From a virus, in IMG/VR virus record IMGVR_UViG_3300005573_001621: a stretch of DNA of 30,571 bases. One strand, 5' to 3'. Positions 16,950 to 24,275 of the stretch are shown here, piece after piece. Every line of letters begins with the position of its first letter. Within the stretch, counting starts at the first letter, position 1. The translations under genes were made by a program, and so were the position numbers. Under the pieces are notes generated by a model, which was given only the letters and a program-made list of their open reading frames with translations, was not told the origin of the DNA and did not search any database.

Positions 16950-17078
16950 GGGGGATTTTCTCTTCTGTGTTTAAAAATTGAACATAAATCTCCTTAGAAA
17001 ACAATCACTTTTTCGAACGAAAATCGACCTCATAGGGATTTCTCGGGGGAGATAAGGGTTTATCTAGGGCTAAATGCA
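16950..17078. repeat. Right copy of the long-range inverted repeat
   Basis: Core TAAGGGTTTATCTAGGGCTAA (17053-17073) is the exact reverse complement of 11033-11053. Confidence 0.85.
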
Positions 17079-17145
17079 GAAAATCGGAGAAACGGTTTCT
17101 AGAGCTCTCTCCTCTCCCCCCGAGAGGCTCTAGAGCGCTCTCTCT

Positions 17146-17176
17146 CTCTCAGAGAGCTCGGAGTTTTGTTTATAAT
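17146..17176 (+). promoter_or_regulatory. Putative promoter CTCTCAGAGAG-N14-TATAAT
   Basis: Exact palindrome at 17146-17156, TATAAT at 17171-17176. Confidence 0.55.
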
Positions 17177-17191
17177 AAAAAAGAGCTCGCA

Positions 17192-17497
17192 ATGAAAGAA
17201 AGAAAAGAAGTAGAAAAATATTTTACTTGCGATTGTTGTTATCACGCATTAAGAGTTGCTAAAGATCTAGAGATAAATCTGTTTGAGTTTGCTATCTTTG
17301 ACAGATCGCCAGTCTTTTCTTCTTTCTTAGAAAGAATCAGAGTTGCTTGGCATATCTTAAGAACTGGAACTGACTGGGGAGACCATTTCTTTCTAAGAAA
17401 AGAAGATGTTAAAGAGCTGGTAAAGTTTTTGTCAGAAGCTCAAGAGAGTAGTCAAAAAGCTCTCTGCTTTATAAGAAAGGAGGAGAGAGAGCTATGA
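17192..17497 (+). CDS. Hypothetical phage protein
   Basis: 101 aa; FTCDCCYH and ERIRVAWHILRTG patterns. Confidence 0.7.
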   Translation: MKERKEVEKYFTCDCCYHALRVAKDLEINLFEFAIFDRSPVFSSFLERIRVAWHILRTGTDWGDHFFLRKEDVKELVKFLSEAQESSQKALCFIRKEEREL

Positions 17498-17649
17498 ATG
17501 ATATGCTCGAAGATAGGCTTTTAGAATATGAAGAGTTAGGGTACTCCCCAGAAGAAGCTTTAGAAGCATTAGCAGAAGAGCACCCGACGCTCTCTTCAAC
17601 GCTCTTCTTCTTTCTTAAAATGCAAGCTTTAAGAAGAAGAGCAGAGTAG
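17494..17649 (+). CDS. 51-aa acidic protein with a UBA/RuvA-C-like LGYSPEEA motif (not in ORF track)
   Basis: SD GGAGGAG, ATGA overlap; MNDMLEDRLLEYEELGYSPEEALEALAEEHP... Confidence 0.6.
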   Translation: MNDMLEDRLLEYEELGYSPEEALEALAEEHPTLSSTLFFFLKMQALRRRAE

Positions 17650-17698
17650 GAGAGAAACGATGACTTAAAGAAGATTCTGGCAGAAGATCAGAAGCGAA

Positions 17699-18208
17699 TC
17701 AGTCTCGGGGAGGAGAGTACAGCTGCTTTGGTTTTTGCTCGGGTAGTGGAGCAACGTCTACGAGTGACTTAACTTTCTTCTCTTTTAAGTGAGGGAAGCG
17801 TCTAGCAATGAAGTTACGAAAGAAGAGAATCTCTTCTTCGGCTAATTCGTATTCTCTCTCGACTCCAAAGAGGTTTTCTGCAGCATGATGACCCAGTTCA
17901 TGAAAGAGAACTGTTGCTTTAGTAGCTTCCAATGCATCTTCATAAGAAAATCCCAGCTCGGGAGCAGCTAAGAGCTTTGCTCCTTTTTCAATTGCTTCTT
18001 TATGAAGGAAGATATATGATCGCCGGATTTCTCCCTGAGGCACATTTACATAAGCGACTCCAAGAGATTTCTCATGACCTTCTGGCATTTCGTTTGTTAA
18101 GAACACACGACCTACACCCTCCCACCAAGTTGCAGGTATGAGGCTGCGACATACTCTCGCACTTTCAGGATCAAGTATCTGAGAAAGAATTTCTGAAGGA
18201 TGCGCCAT
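17699..18208 (-). CDS. Zincin-like metallopeptidase (HExxH), paralog 1
   Basis: TVLFHELGHH plus downstream EEE; TAAAAT 7 nt before the ATG suggests a leaderless mRNA. Confidence 0.75.
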   Translation of the reverse strand: MAHPSEILSQILDPESARVCRSLIPATWWEGVGRVFLTNEMPEGHEKSLGVAYVNVPQGEIRRSYIFLHKEAIEKGAKLLAAPELGFSYEDALEATKATVLFHELGHHAAENLFGVEREYELAEEEILFFRNFIARRFPHLKEKKVKSLVDVAPLPEQKPKQLYSPPRD

Positions 18209-18240
18209 TCGTTAAATTTTAGTTTAAGAAGCTAGACTAG

Positions 18241-18282
18241 CAGCTCCCTAGAGGTCTTCTCCTTTCTTCCTCTGGGGAGCTG
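18241..18282. other. 14-bp stem-loop with a pyrimidine (anti-SD-like) loop in a divergent intergenic region
   Basis: CAGCTCCCTAGAGG / CCTCTGGGGAGCTG with loop TCTTCTCCTTTCTT. Confidence 0.6.
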
Positions 18283-18350
18283 ATGATCAACATTTTCATA
18301 GAAAGAAGAATTTGTGAAAGTGGCGTTTTCATAGAAAGAGGAGAAGAACT

Positions 18351-18653
18351 ATGAAAGAGCTAGAGAAAGAGCTAGAGCTCGATGAAATATTTGTAATTCG
18401 TTTAAAGAAGGCATTTGAAGATGCTCTAGAGAAAGTCGCAGACGAGCTGGAAATCGATCTTGTTTTTTATAATGTAAAAGCAGTAGTGGAAATCTTAGAC
18501 GAGAGCTTGCATAAAGTAGATGAAAAAGTGATCTTAGATACTTCAGAGACTGGTTACTGTCTGTTCTGTCGTGCTCCTACTTATTATTTCTCAGATCACT
18601 TTCACGCTTATCTCTGTCCGAAATGCTATAAAGAAACAAAAGCCGAGCAGTGA
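18351..18653 (+). CDS. Acidic protein with C-terminal Zn finger
   Basis: CLFC..CPKC; SD GAGGAG. Confidence 0.75.
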   Translation: MKELEKELELDEIFVIRLKKAFEDALEKVADELEIDLVFYNVKAVVEILDESLHKVDEKVILDTSETGYCLFCRAPTYYFSDHFHAYLCPKCYKETKAEQ

Positions 18654-18662
18654 TAGAAAAGA

Positions 18663-19112
18663 CTAAACTAGAGGGACTCTCTTCCCTCTTAAATGAGGAA
18701 AACGACGGAATACAAATGCTCGAAAAAAGTTGACTTCTACTTCTTCTTTTGGTTCTTGTTCAAATTTCAAGCCAAAGAACTTACTCCCAGCATGATGAGC
18801 TAGCTCGTGGAAAAGAGTAGTTGCTTTGAGAGTCTCTAAAGCATCTTTATAGCTGAAGCCTATTTCTTGGGAAGCAAGTTCTTTTGCTCTTGCTCGGATT
18901 AGATCTAGATTAAGAACAATCAAGCTGTACTTCTGTCCAGATTCTAGCTCTAACTCCTGAGTACATCCATACATCTCACGATAAGTTTGCTTGTTAGTTA
19001 TCCAAGTAACTTCTAAGACTCCTTCCCACCAAGCTGGAGGGACGAGAGAACGAAACACCCTCTCGCTTTCTGGATCGAGGAGTTTCGAAAGTATTGCAGA
19101 AGGATGTCTCAT
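18663..19112 (-). CDS. Zincin-like metallopeptidase (HExxH), paralog 2
   Basis: TTLFHELAHH; shares MxHPSxILSxxLDPES, PxxWWEGV, GFSYxDALE and RRFPHL with 17699..18208. Confidence 0.75.
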   Translation of the reverse strand: MRHPSAILSKLLDPESERVFRSLVPPAWWEGVLEVTWITNKQTYREMYGCTQELELESGQKYSLIVLNLDLIRARAKELASQEIGFSYKDALETLKATTLFHELAHHAGSKFFGLKFEQEPKEEVEVNFFRAFVFRRFPHLRGKRVPLV

Positions 19113-19127
19113 AGAGGAGCTCTCTCT

Positions 19128-19169
19128 ATTTTAAGATCTCTCGGAGAGGGCAGAGTTTTAGAATAGAAT
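19128..19169. promoter_or_regulatory. Divergent promoter region containing CTCTCGGAGAG
   Basis: TAAAAT on the minus strand (19128-19133), palindrome at 19138-19148, TAGAAT at 19164-19169 on plus. Confidence 0.5.
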
Positions 19170-19186
19170 AAGAAAGGAGGCAAATT

Positions 19187-19417
19187 ATGTGGTTTTTGTC
19201 GGGTGTTTTTCTTGGGATGTTTGTTATAGCAATCTTTGCGTGGAGAAATTACGAGAGAGGAAGAAAAGATGGGATGTTAGAATGCCAAAAACTGTGTGAA
19301 GAAAAGATCCAAGAGAAGATAAATGTTATACTCGAGCTCAGCAAAGAGAATTCTGAATTGAAAGCAAGAATCAAAGAATTGAAATTAAATCGTTATCAGA
19401 AAGAGAGGCAATCATGA
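19187..19417 (+). CDS. Membrane-anchored coiled-coil small protein
   Basis: N-terminal hydrophobic helix, YERGRKDG, heptads; strong SD. Confidence 0.75.
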   Translation: MWFLSGVFLGMFVIAIFAWRNYERGRKDGMLECQKLCEEKIQEKINVILELSKENSELKARIKELKLNRYQKERQS

Positions 19418-19620
19418 AGGGAATTATTATAGGATTAGTTCTCCTCTTTGTAGGTGCAGTCTATCTGCATCTCGGAGTGAGCGATGCTATGCGAGTCGCT
19501 CTAGAACTCCAAACAACGTGCTTCTGGCCAGCTCCCAGATTGATATTTGGAGCAATTCTTTTAGCTGCAGGGAGCGTCTTAGTCGGCTGGCACGTCGGGA
19601 GAGCTTGGGAGAGAGCTTAA
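19414..19620 (+). CDS. Small two-TM membrane protein
   Basis: Two hydrophobic stretches; ATGA overlap. Confidence 0.7.
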   Translation: MKGIIIGLVLLFVGAVYLHLGVSDAMRVALELQTTCFWPAPRLIFGAILLAAGSVLVGWHVGRAWERA

Positions 19621-19629
19621 GGAGGGCTT

Positions 19630-19761
19630 ATGACAATGCTTAAGTACATTTTTAAGGGACTCTGGTGTATGCTAAAAGCAGTTGCTCTTTGCTTTCTGTT
19701 GCTGATTGCAGCGATTTGGCTTAAAAAATCGCTGAAAAGCTTAGCAGCTAAGCGAGTGTAG
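19630..19761 (+). CDS. 43-aa single-TM peptide (not in ORF track)
   Basis: SD AAGGAGG; MTMLKYIFKGLWCMLKAVALCFLLLIAAIWLKKSLKSLAAKRV. Confidence 0.6.
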   Translation: MTMLKYIFKGLWCMLKAVALCFLLLIAAIWLKKSLKSLAAKRV

Positions 19762-19884
19762 GATGTTTAGAAAGATATTAAAGGAGTGCTAGTCGAAGAT
19801 TTGGAAATAAAAAGAGATAGAACGAAAAATAGGAGAGGCATTACTTTAATAAGTTATTTTTGAATTAAACTAAAGGAGTTAACA

Positions 19885-20277
19885 ATGAAATTAAGATCGG
19901 TCTTAAAAGAAAAGCTCGTCAGTAAAAAAACTCTCGACGAGCTCCATGTTGATCTCGGGAGTCTTATCACTTCCGAGGAGTTTGATATTGATGCCCCTGA
20001 AGACTATCGGGAACGAGCAATCGAGAGGCTTAAGAAGTTAAAAAGAGCCTTTCGGAGTAACATCAACATTCTTTACAATCTTATCAATAAAGTAATCAAG
20101 ATCAAATGCCTCTACTGTGGCGCTTCAATGTTTCCCTTTAGTGGAGGAGGGAATCCAGATTTTGAATCAGTTACATTTAAATGTGAGAACTGTGGAAGCA
20201 AGACTACTCTTACTTTTCCAGCTGATGGCTTGCGTTTCGTTCCAATCGAAGAAATCGAAAGAAAGAGAAAACTATGA
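19885..20277 (+). CDS. Zn-ribbon protein
   Basis: CLYCG..CENCG; SD AAGGAG. Confidence 0.75.
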   Translation: MKLRSVLKEKLVSKKTLDELHVDLGSLITSEEFDIDAPEDYRERAIERLKKLKRAFRSNINILYNLINKVIKIKCLYCGASMFPFSGGGNPDFESVTFKCENCGSKTTLTFPADGLRFVPIEEIERKRKL

Positions 20278-20320
20278 GAGCTTGTAAAGCGAGAATCAAA
20301 AAGCAAAAAGACTGGAGAGA

Positions 20321-20563
20321 ATGAGTAAAATATGTTATGAATGGAGCGCTCAAGAAGAAGCCGTGCAATTCTTGAGTGTTCACTCAGCTTATACATCTCA
20401 GACGTGCCCTATCTGCCAGGTCAAACATCCACAAAACCGCAAGCTTGACCGCTTCAAATGTTTGAACTGTGGCTACACGAATCACGCCGATGTCGTGGGC
20501 GCGATTAACATAGCCAAGCAGGCGTCTATCGTCCCTGCTGCAGAAAGAAGCTCTCTGAGCTGA
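20321..20563 (+). mobile_element. tnpB: TnpB (IS200/IS605/IS607 OrfB) C-terminal remnant: Zn ribbon + RuvC-III
   Basis: V..AYTSQTCPIC..RFKCLNCGYTNHADVVGAINIA signature; more GC-rich than the flanks; RuvC-I/II and REC/WED absent. Confidence 0.85.
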
Positions 20564-20612
20564 CGGTGATGATAGAAAATAGATTAGAGCGGCAAAATAA
20601 GGAAGCTGAATT

Positions 20613-21449
20613 ATGATGTTGGCTGCAGTGCTTGAGAAAGATTCTTTTTTGTATAAAGAAGTAATGAATTCTCCTCTCTGGGTTGCAGAGGAAAAATATG
20701 ACGGCGAGAGACTGATGTTTCAATATAAGAACAAAAAAGTCTCTCCTCTCTCTAGAAGAGGAAATCAGAAGAAGCTCTGGTGGCTAGAGTCTGTTCAACT
20801 TCCTTTTGATATTATCTTAGACGGCGAAGTTTATAGAGAGGGAGCAACTTCTACAGATGTCGTTCATCTTTTAGCAACTCAAGAACAAGATTTAAACTAT
20901 GCGATCTTTGATATTTTAGAAATTGGAGAAATTGATCTTAAAATACTCCCTTATGCTTTCCGAAGACTTATTTTAGCAACTGTGTGGCATGAGTTCTTTC
21001 GAGAAAATAGCAGAATCGTTTTATCAACAAGAAGAAAAGACAAAGAACAGTTCTATCAAGAAGTAGTCTCTAAAGGGGGAGAGGGAGTTGTTCTTAAAGA
21101 TATTCGAAGCTCTTATGAAGAGTCTCGTTCTTCTTCCTGGCTCAAGCTCAAAAAAGAAGAAACTTTTGACGTAGTAATAACTTCAGCTAAGCTCAAGCTT
21201 GGTACTAAAGCTGCAGAAGAGGGAAAGCTGATGCTGTTCTATGGATACTGGGATAAGTTCAGGAAGAACTATAAAGAAGCTGGCTCTCTGGGTGTAGCTG
21301 TTGATCCTTCTGAAGCAAATAGTTTTCTTTTCAAAGTAGCTGAAGTTAAAGGATATTTCAGATATCCCACTGGAGCAATAAGACACCCACATTTAATTAG
21401 ATTCCGGGAAGACAAATCTCCTCAGGAGTGCGTTTTGACCGATGTCTAG
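20613..21449 (+). CDS. lig: Minimal ATP-dependent DNA ligase
   Basis: Motifs I EEKYDGER, III LDGEV, IIIa FDIL, IV EGVVLK, V WLKLK, VI RHP..RFREDK. Confidence 0.93.
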   Translation: MMLAAVLEKDSFLYKEVMNSPLWVAEEKYDGERLMFQYKNKKVSPLSRRGNQKKLWWLESVQLPFDIILDGEVYREGATSTDVVHLLATQEQDLNYAIFDILEIGEIDLKILPYAFRRLILATVWHEFFRENSRIVLSTRRKDKEQFYQEVVSKGGEGVVLKDIRSSYEESRSSSWLKLKKEETFDVVITSAKLKLGTKAAEEGKLMLFYGYWDKFRKNYKEAGSLGVAVDPSEANSFLFKVAEVKGYFRYPTGAIRHPHLIRFREDKSPQECVLTDV

Positions 21450-22443
21450 CTATCTAGACCCCTTCATCCCGAACTTTTTCTCTCAAGCAGAAATAGAAGC
21501 TCGCTACGGCTCAGCTGAGTTTCTCAGTAAGATTTTTCAAATTAAAGTAAAAGAAAATAAGAAGCTTGAGGCTCTGTTCCCGAACAAACACTCTGAAATA
21601 CTTATACCCTGCTTTCCGGGAGCTTTAGATTGTCCGAAGCTTACAAGCCCTTCTTTTTCTTCTTTTCAAAGATTTAAAGAAAGGCTCTCAAATGCTAAGC
21701 TGAAGGGAAGTCTGTTAAAAGAGGCGTCGACACGGATTTCGATCGAAGAAATCAGAAACTATGTCGTCGTCGATGCCTCTAAGATGTATTCTGATTATTT
21801 AGAAGCTGATGAGTTAGGACTAGTCCCTCATCCGGCTTTCTGGTTTATTAGAGGTTCTTCTCGTCCTTTTGAAGCTTATGGATTTCCAGTATTCTGGGAG
21901 GACTATTTAATTTCTTTTATCTGGAAAATTGTACATGAAGAGACTCCCTTATTCAAATACGCCCACTCAGTTCCCTGGTATACTTTCTGGGGGATAGATC
22001 AAGCTTTAAAAGAAAAGAAAGCTATTTTAGTAGAGGGAATATTCGATGCAATAGCTCTGAGAAGCTTGGGCTTTACTGCAATTACTGCTTCTAGCGCTAG
22101 ACTCTCGACTCTGCAGTTTGCGCTTCTTTTAAGACTGAATCAATTAGATCTTCTTCTGGACTCTGACTTCTCTGGCTATTATTCTAGTGTGTTGAATTAC
22201 AGAGTCTTAAAAAAGTTAAATCCTGCTCTTAAGCTTTCGATCTTAACAATTGAGGAAGCTAAAGATCCTTATGAAGCATTTAGAGAAAAGAAATTGCCGA
22301 GCTCTGTGATAAAGCATATTGAAGAAAAAGAAGTTTTGAGAAGAATGAGAGAGCTCTACCCTACTTTTGTTCCTGAAAAAGCTAAGATCTTAGAAGAGCT
22401 AGCTCGTCAAGCAAGCTGTCTTAAAAATGAGAGGAAAGAGTAA
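21442..22443 (+). CDS. TOPRIM-domain DnaG-like primase
   Basis: FWGIDQA..ILVEGIFDAIAL, LLLDSDFSG (DxD) and KDP motifs; next to the ligase; no clear CHC2 zinc finger. Confidence 0.75.
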   Translation: MSSYLDPFIPNFFSQAEIEARYGSAEFLSKIFQIKVKENKKLEALFPNKHSEILIPCFPGALDCPKLTSPSFSSFQRFKERLSNAKLKGSLLKEASTRISIEEIRNYVVVDASKMYSDYLEADELGLVPHPAFWFIRGSSRPFEAYGFPVFWEDYLISFIWKIVHEETPLFKYAHSVPWYTFWGIDQALKEKKAILVEGIFDAIALRSLGFTAITASSARLSTLQFALLLRLNQLDLLLDSDFSGYYSSVLNYRVLKKLNPALKLSILTIEEAKDPYEAFREKKLPSSVIKHIEEKEVLRRMRELYPTFVPEKAKILEELARQASCLKNERKE

Positions 22444-22445
22444 CT

Positions 22446-22919
22446 ATGGCTGACGATCAAAAAAGAACAATAAAGTTTTCTAAAAAAATTCTAGAAGTTC
22501 TGAAGAAGAGATTTGATCCTTCTCTGGCGAAAGAAACCGATGATGGGCAGGGCTATTCGATCGAAGTAGAATGCCCTTTGTGTAAGGAGCATTTCTCAAA
22601 ATGGGCTTGTGAGAGCTGTCCCTTTGATGTTCTTCGATTTAATGAGACTCCAGGGTGTTTGATCTTTATAAGAAGCATTATACCCTACCCTTGCTTTCTT
22701 GTTTGTCCAGATGAAGTTTTCTGGGAAAAAGAAGACGATGCTAAAGCTAGAGCACAGTTAGATTCTCTCCGAAAGAAAGCAAGAGAGCTTCTAATAGAAA
22801 GAGGAGACGAGTGTGAGTTTCAAGTGAACGAGAGTGATCTTGAGCTTGCTCGGGAGAGAGAAAGAAGAGGAGAGACAGAAGAAGAAAGCAGTGAGAGAGC
22901 TGAGAGCGAGAGCGAGTGA
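22446..22919 (+). CDS. Cys-rich hypothetical phage protein
   Basis: CPLC..CESCPF..GC motif; the low-complexity E/R/S tail is encoded by a polypurine tract. Confidence 0.7.
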   Translation: MADDQKRTIKFSKKILEVLKKRFDPSLAKETDDGQGYSIEVECPLCKEHFSKWACESCPFDVLRFNETPGCLIFIRSIIPYPCFLVCPDEVFWEKEDDAKARAQLDSLRKKARELLIERGDECEFQVNESDLELARERERRGETEEESSERAESESE

Positions 22920-22983
22920 GACTGTTGCTGCTGCTGCTTACTCTTATGTTACTTAACATGATAACATAACAATATACTTATGT

Positions 22984-23268
22984 CTAAGAGCTTACTAAGT
23001 ACTTAAGTGTAAGCTTCATGTCTAAGTGCTTACTAAGTACTTAAGTGCTTACTAAGTATCTAAGAGCTGACTAAGTATCTACAGCATGTCTAAGTATCTA
23101 AGTGCTGACTAATATTCTAAGGGTTGACTAATACTCTAAGTGCCGACTAAGTACCCATGTCATGTCTAAGCATCTAAGTGCTTACTAAGTATCTACAGCA
23201 TGTCTAAGCATCTAAGGGCTTACTAATATTCTCAGGGCTTACTAAGTACCCATGTCATGTCTAAGTAT
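22984..23268. repeat. Non-coding tandem array of 15 x 19 bp (11-mer + 8-mer), consensus CTAAGTGCTTA-CTAAGTAT
   Basis: Units start exactly every 19 nt from 22984 to 23250 with no indels; unit 2 is degenerate; dense TAA/TAG. Confidence 0.92.
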
Positions 23269-23378
23269 CAGTACTCTCTTCTCTCATCTTCTCTCTTCTT
23301 TAATGTTTCTCTCCTCTTCTCTCTTCTCTCTTCCCAGTCTAGATAAGAGCCTCTCGTCAACAATTTCGCTCGACCGAG

Positions 23379-23410
23379 CTCCCAGAGAGAGGGGAGAGTG
23401 TGATTAGAAT
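23379..23410 (+). promoter_or_regulatory. Putative sigma-gene promoter CTCCCAGAGAG-N15-TAGAAT
   Basis: One-mismatch palindrome at 23379-23389; TAGAAT at 23405-23410. Confidence 0.5.
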
Positions 23411-23439
23411 ATTGAGTCAATGACAAATCGGAGAGAAAG

Positions 23440-24261
23440 ATGACAAATCAGAGAGAAAAAGAACTCTGCGAGCAGCTGAAGCAAGCTTATCTCCAGTTTC
23501 AGCAGCAGATCACCGAGTTTAAAGACTGGGGAGATCTGCTGGAAAAAGCTTCTTCAGTTGCTGCTCTTAAGTATTCAGTAGAAGGAGTCTTGAGAGTGAG
23601 AGAAGAGTTTGTCAGAGAGCATCAGGGTTTAGTTTTCTCTTTAGCAAAGCGATTTTCTTCTTTAGAAGATTTCGAGACTCTCTTAAGCGCAGGAAATAGA
23701 GGACTGGTCAGAGCGCTGGATAGGTTTGATCCTTCAAAGAGTGGAGCTTTCAAAACTTACGCATCTTTCTGGATTACACAAGAGATGAGAGAGGAGATCA
23801 GAAAGTCGCTCCCTATTTCTCTTACTTACAGAGAGTTTGTTTCTCAGTCAGTTATAAAGAGAAAGAAACGAGAATTAGAAGCTACTCTACAGCGTGTTCT
23901 AGATCCAGATGAGCTATCAGATCTTTTGAAGATTCCAAAGTCGCAGCTCTTACGAAGCTTCTGGCATTTTTCTTCAGAGGAGCTAGACGAAGAAAGCGTA
24001 ATAGAAGCTTGGAAAGCACCCTCATTCGCAAAAGATCTTTTAGAGCCGGTATTTTTGTTTCTTTCTAAAAAAGAAAGAAAGCTCTTAGAACTCAGATGGG
24101 GTTTAAATGGCTCTGCTCCTCGCACTTTGAAGCAACTCGAGCTTTTAACTGGCGTTTTTAAAGAGCAGATTCAAAAGCTTGAGCGCAGAGCTCTTCGTGT
24201 CTTAAGAAGTCTCTTTCTTAAGAGAACTTTGAGTTCTTTTAGAGATTTTCTGGAGCTCTGA
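23440..24261 (+). CDS. Phage sigma70-family RNA polymerase sigma factor (regions 2, 3, 4)
   Basis: Region 2 LVFSLAKRF..GNRGLVRALDRFDP..FKTYASFWITQ; region 3 LQRVLDPDELSDLL; region 4 LSKKERKLLELRWGL..TLKQL..LERRALRVLR. Confidence 0.92.
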   Translation: MTNQREKELCEQLKQAYLQFQQQITEFKDWGDLLEKASSVAALKYSVEGVLRVREEFVREHQGLVFSLAKRFSSLEDFETLLSAGNRGLVRALDRFDPSKSGAFKTYASFWITQEMREEIRKSLPISLTYREFVSQSVIKRKKRELEATLQRVLDPDELSDLLKIPKSQLLRSFWHFSSEELDEESVIEAWKAPSFAKDLLEPVFLFLSKKERKLLELRWGLNGSAPRTLKQLELLTGVFKEQIQKLERRALRVLRSLFLKRTLSSFRDFLEL

Positions 24262-24275
24262 GAAAGGAGGGTTAG

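Noticed and set aside
20564-20585. TnpB guide targeting TGATAGAAAA at about 18651 or 8789
   Set aside because: Only 10-11 nt of A-rich match, the element end is uncertain and the nuclease is incomplete
22984-23268. CRISPR array
   Set aside because: The 19-bp period is too short, variable slots are 11 nt and recur, and no cas genes are present
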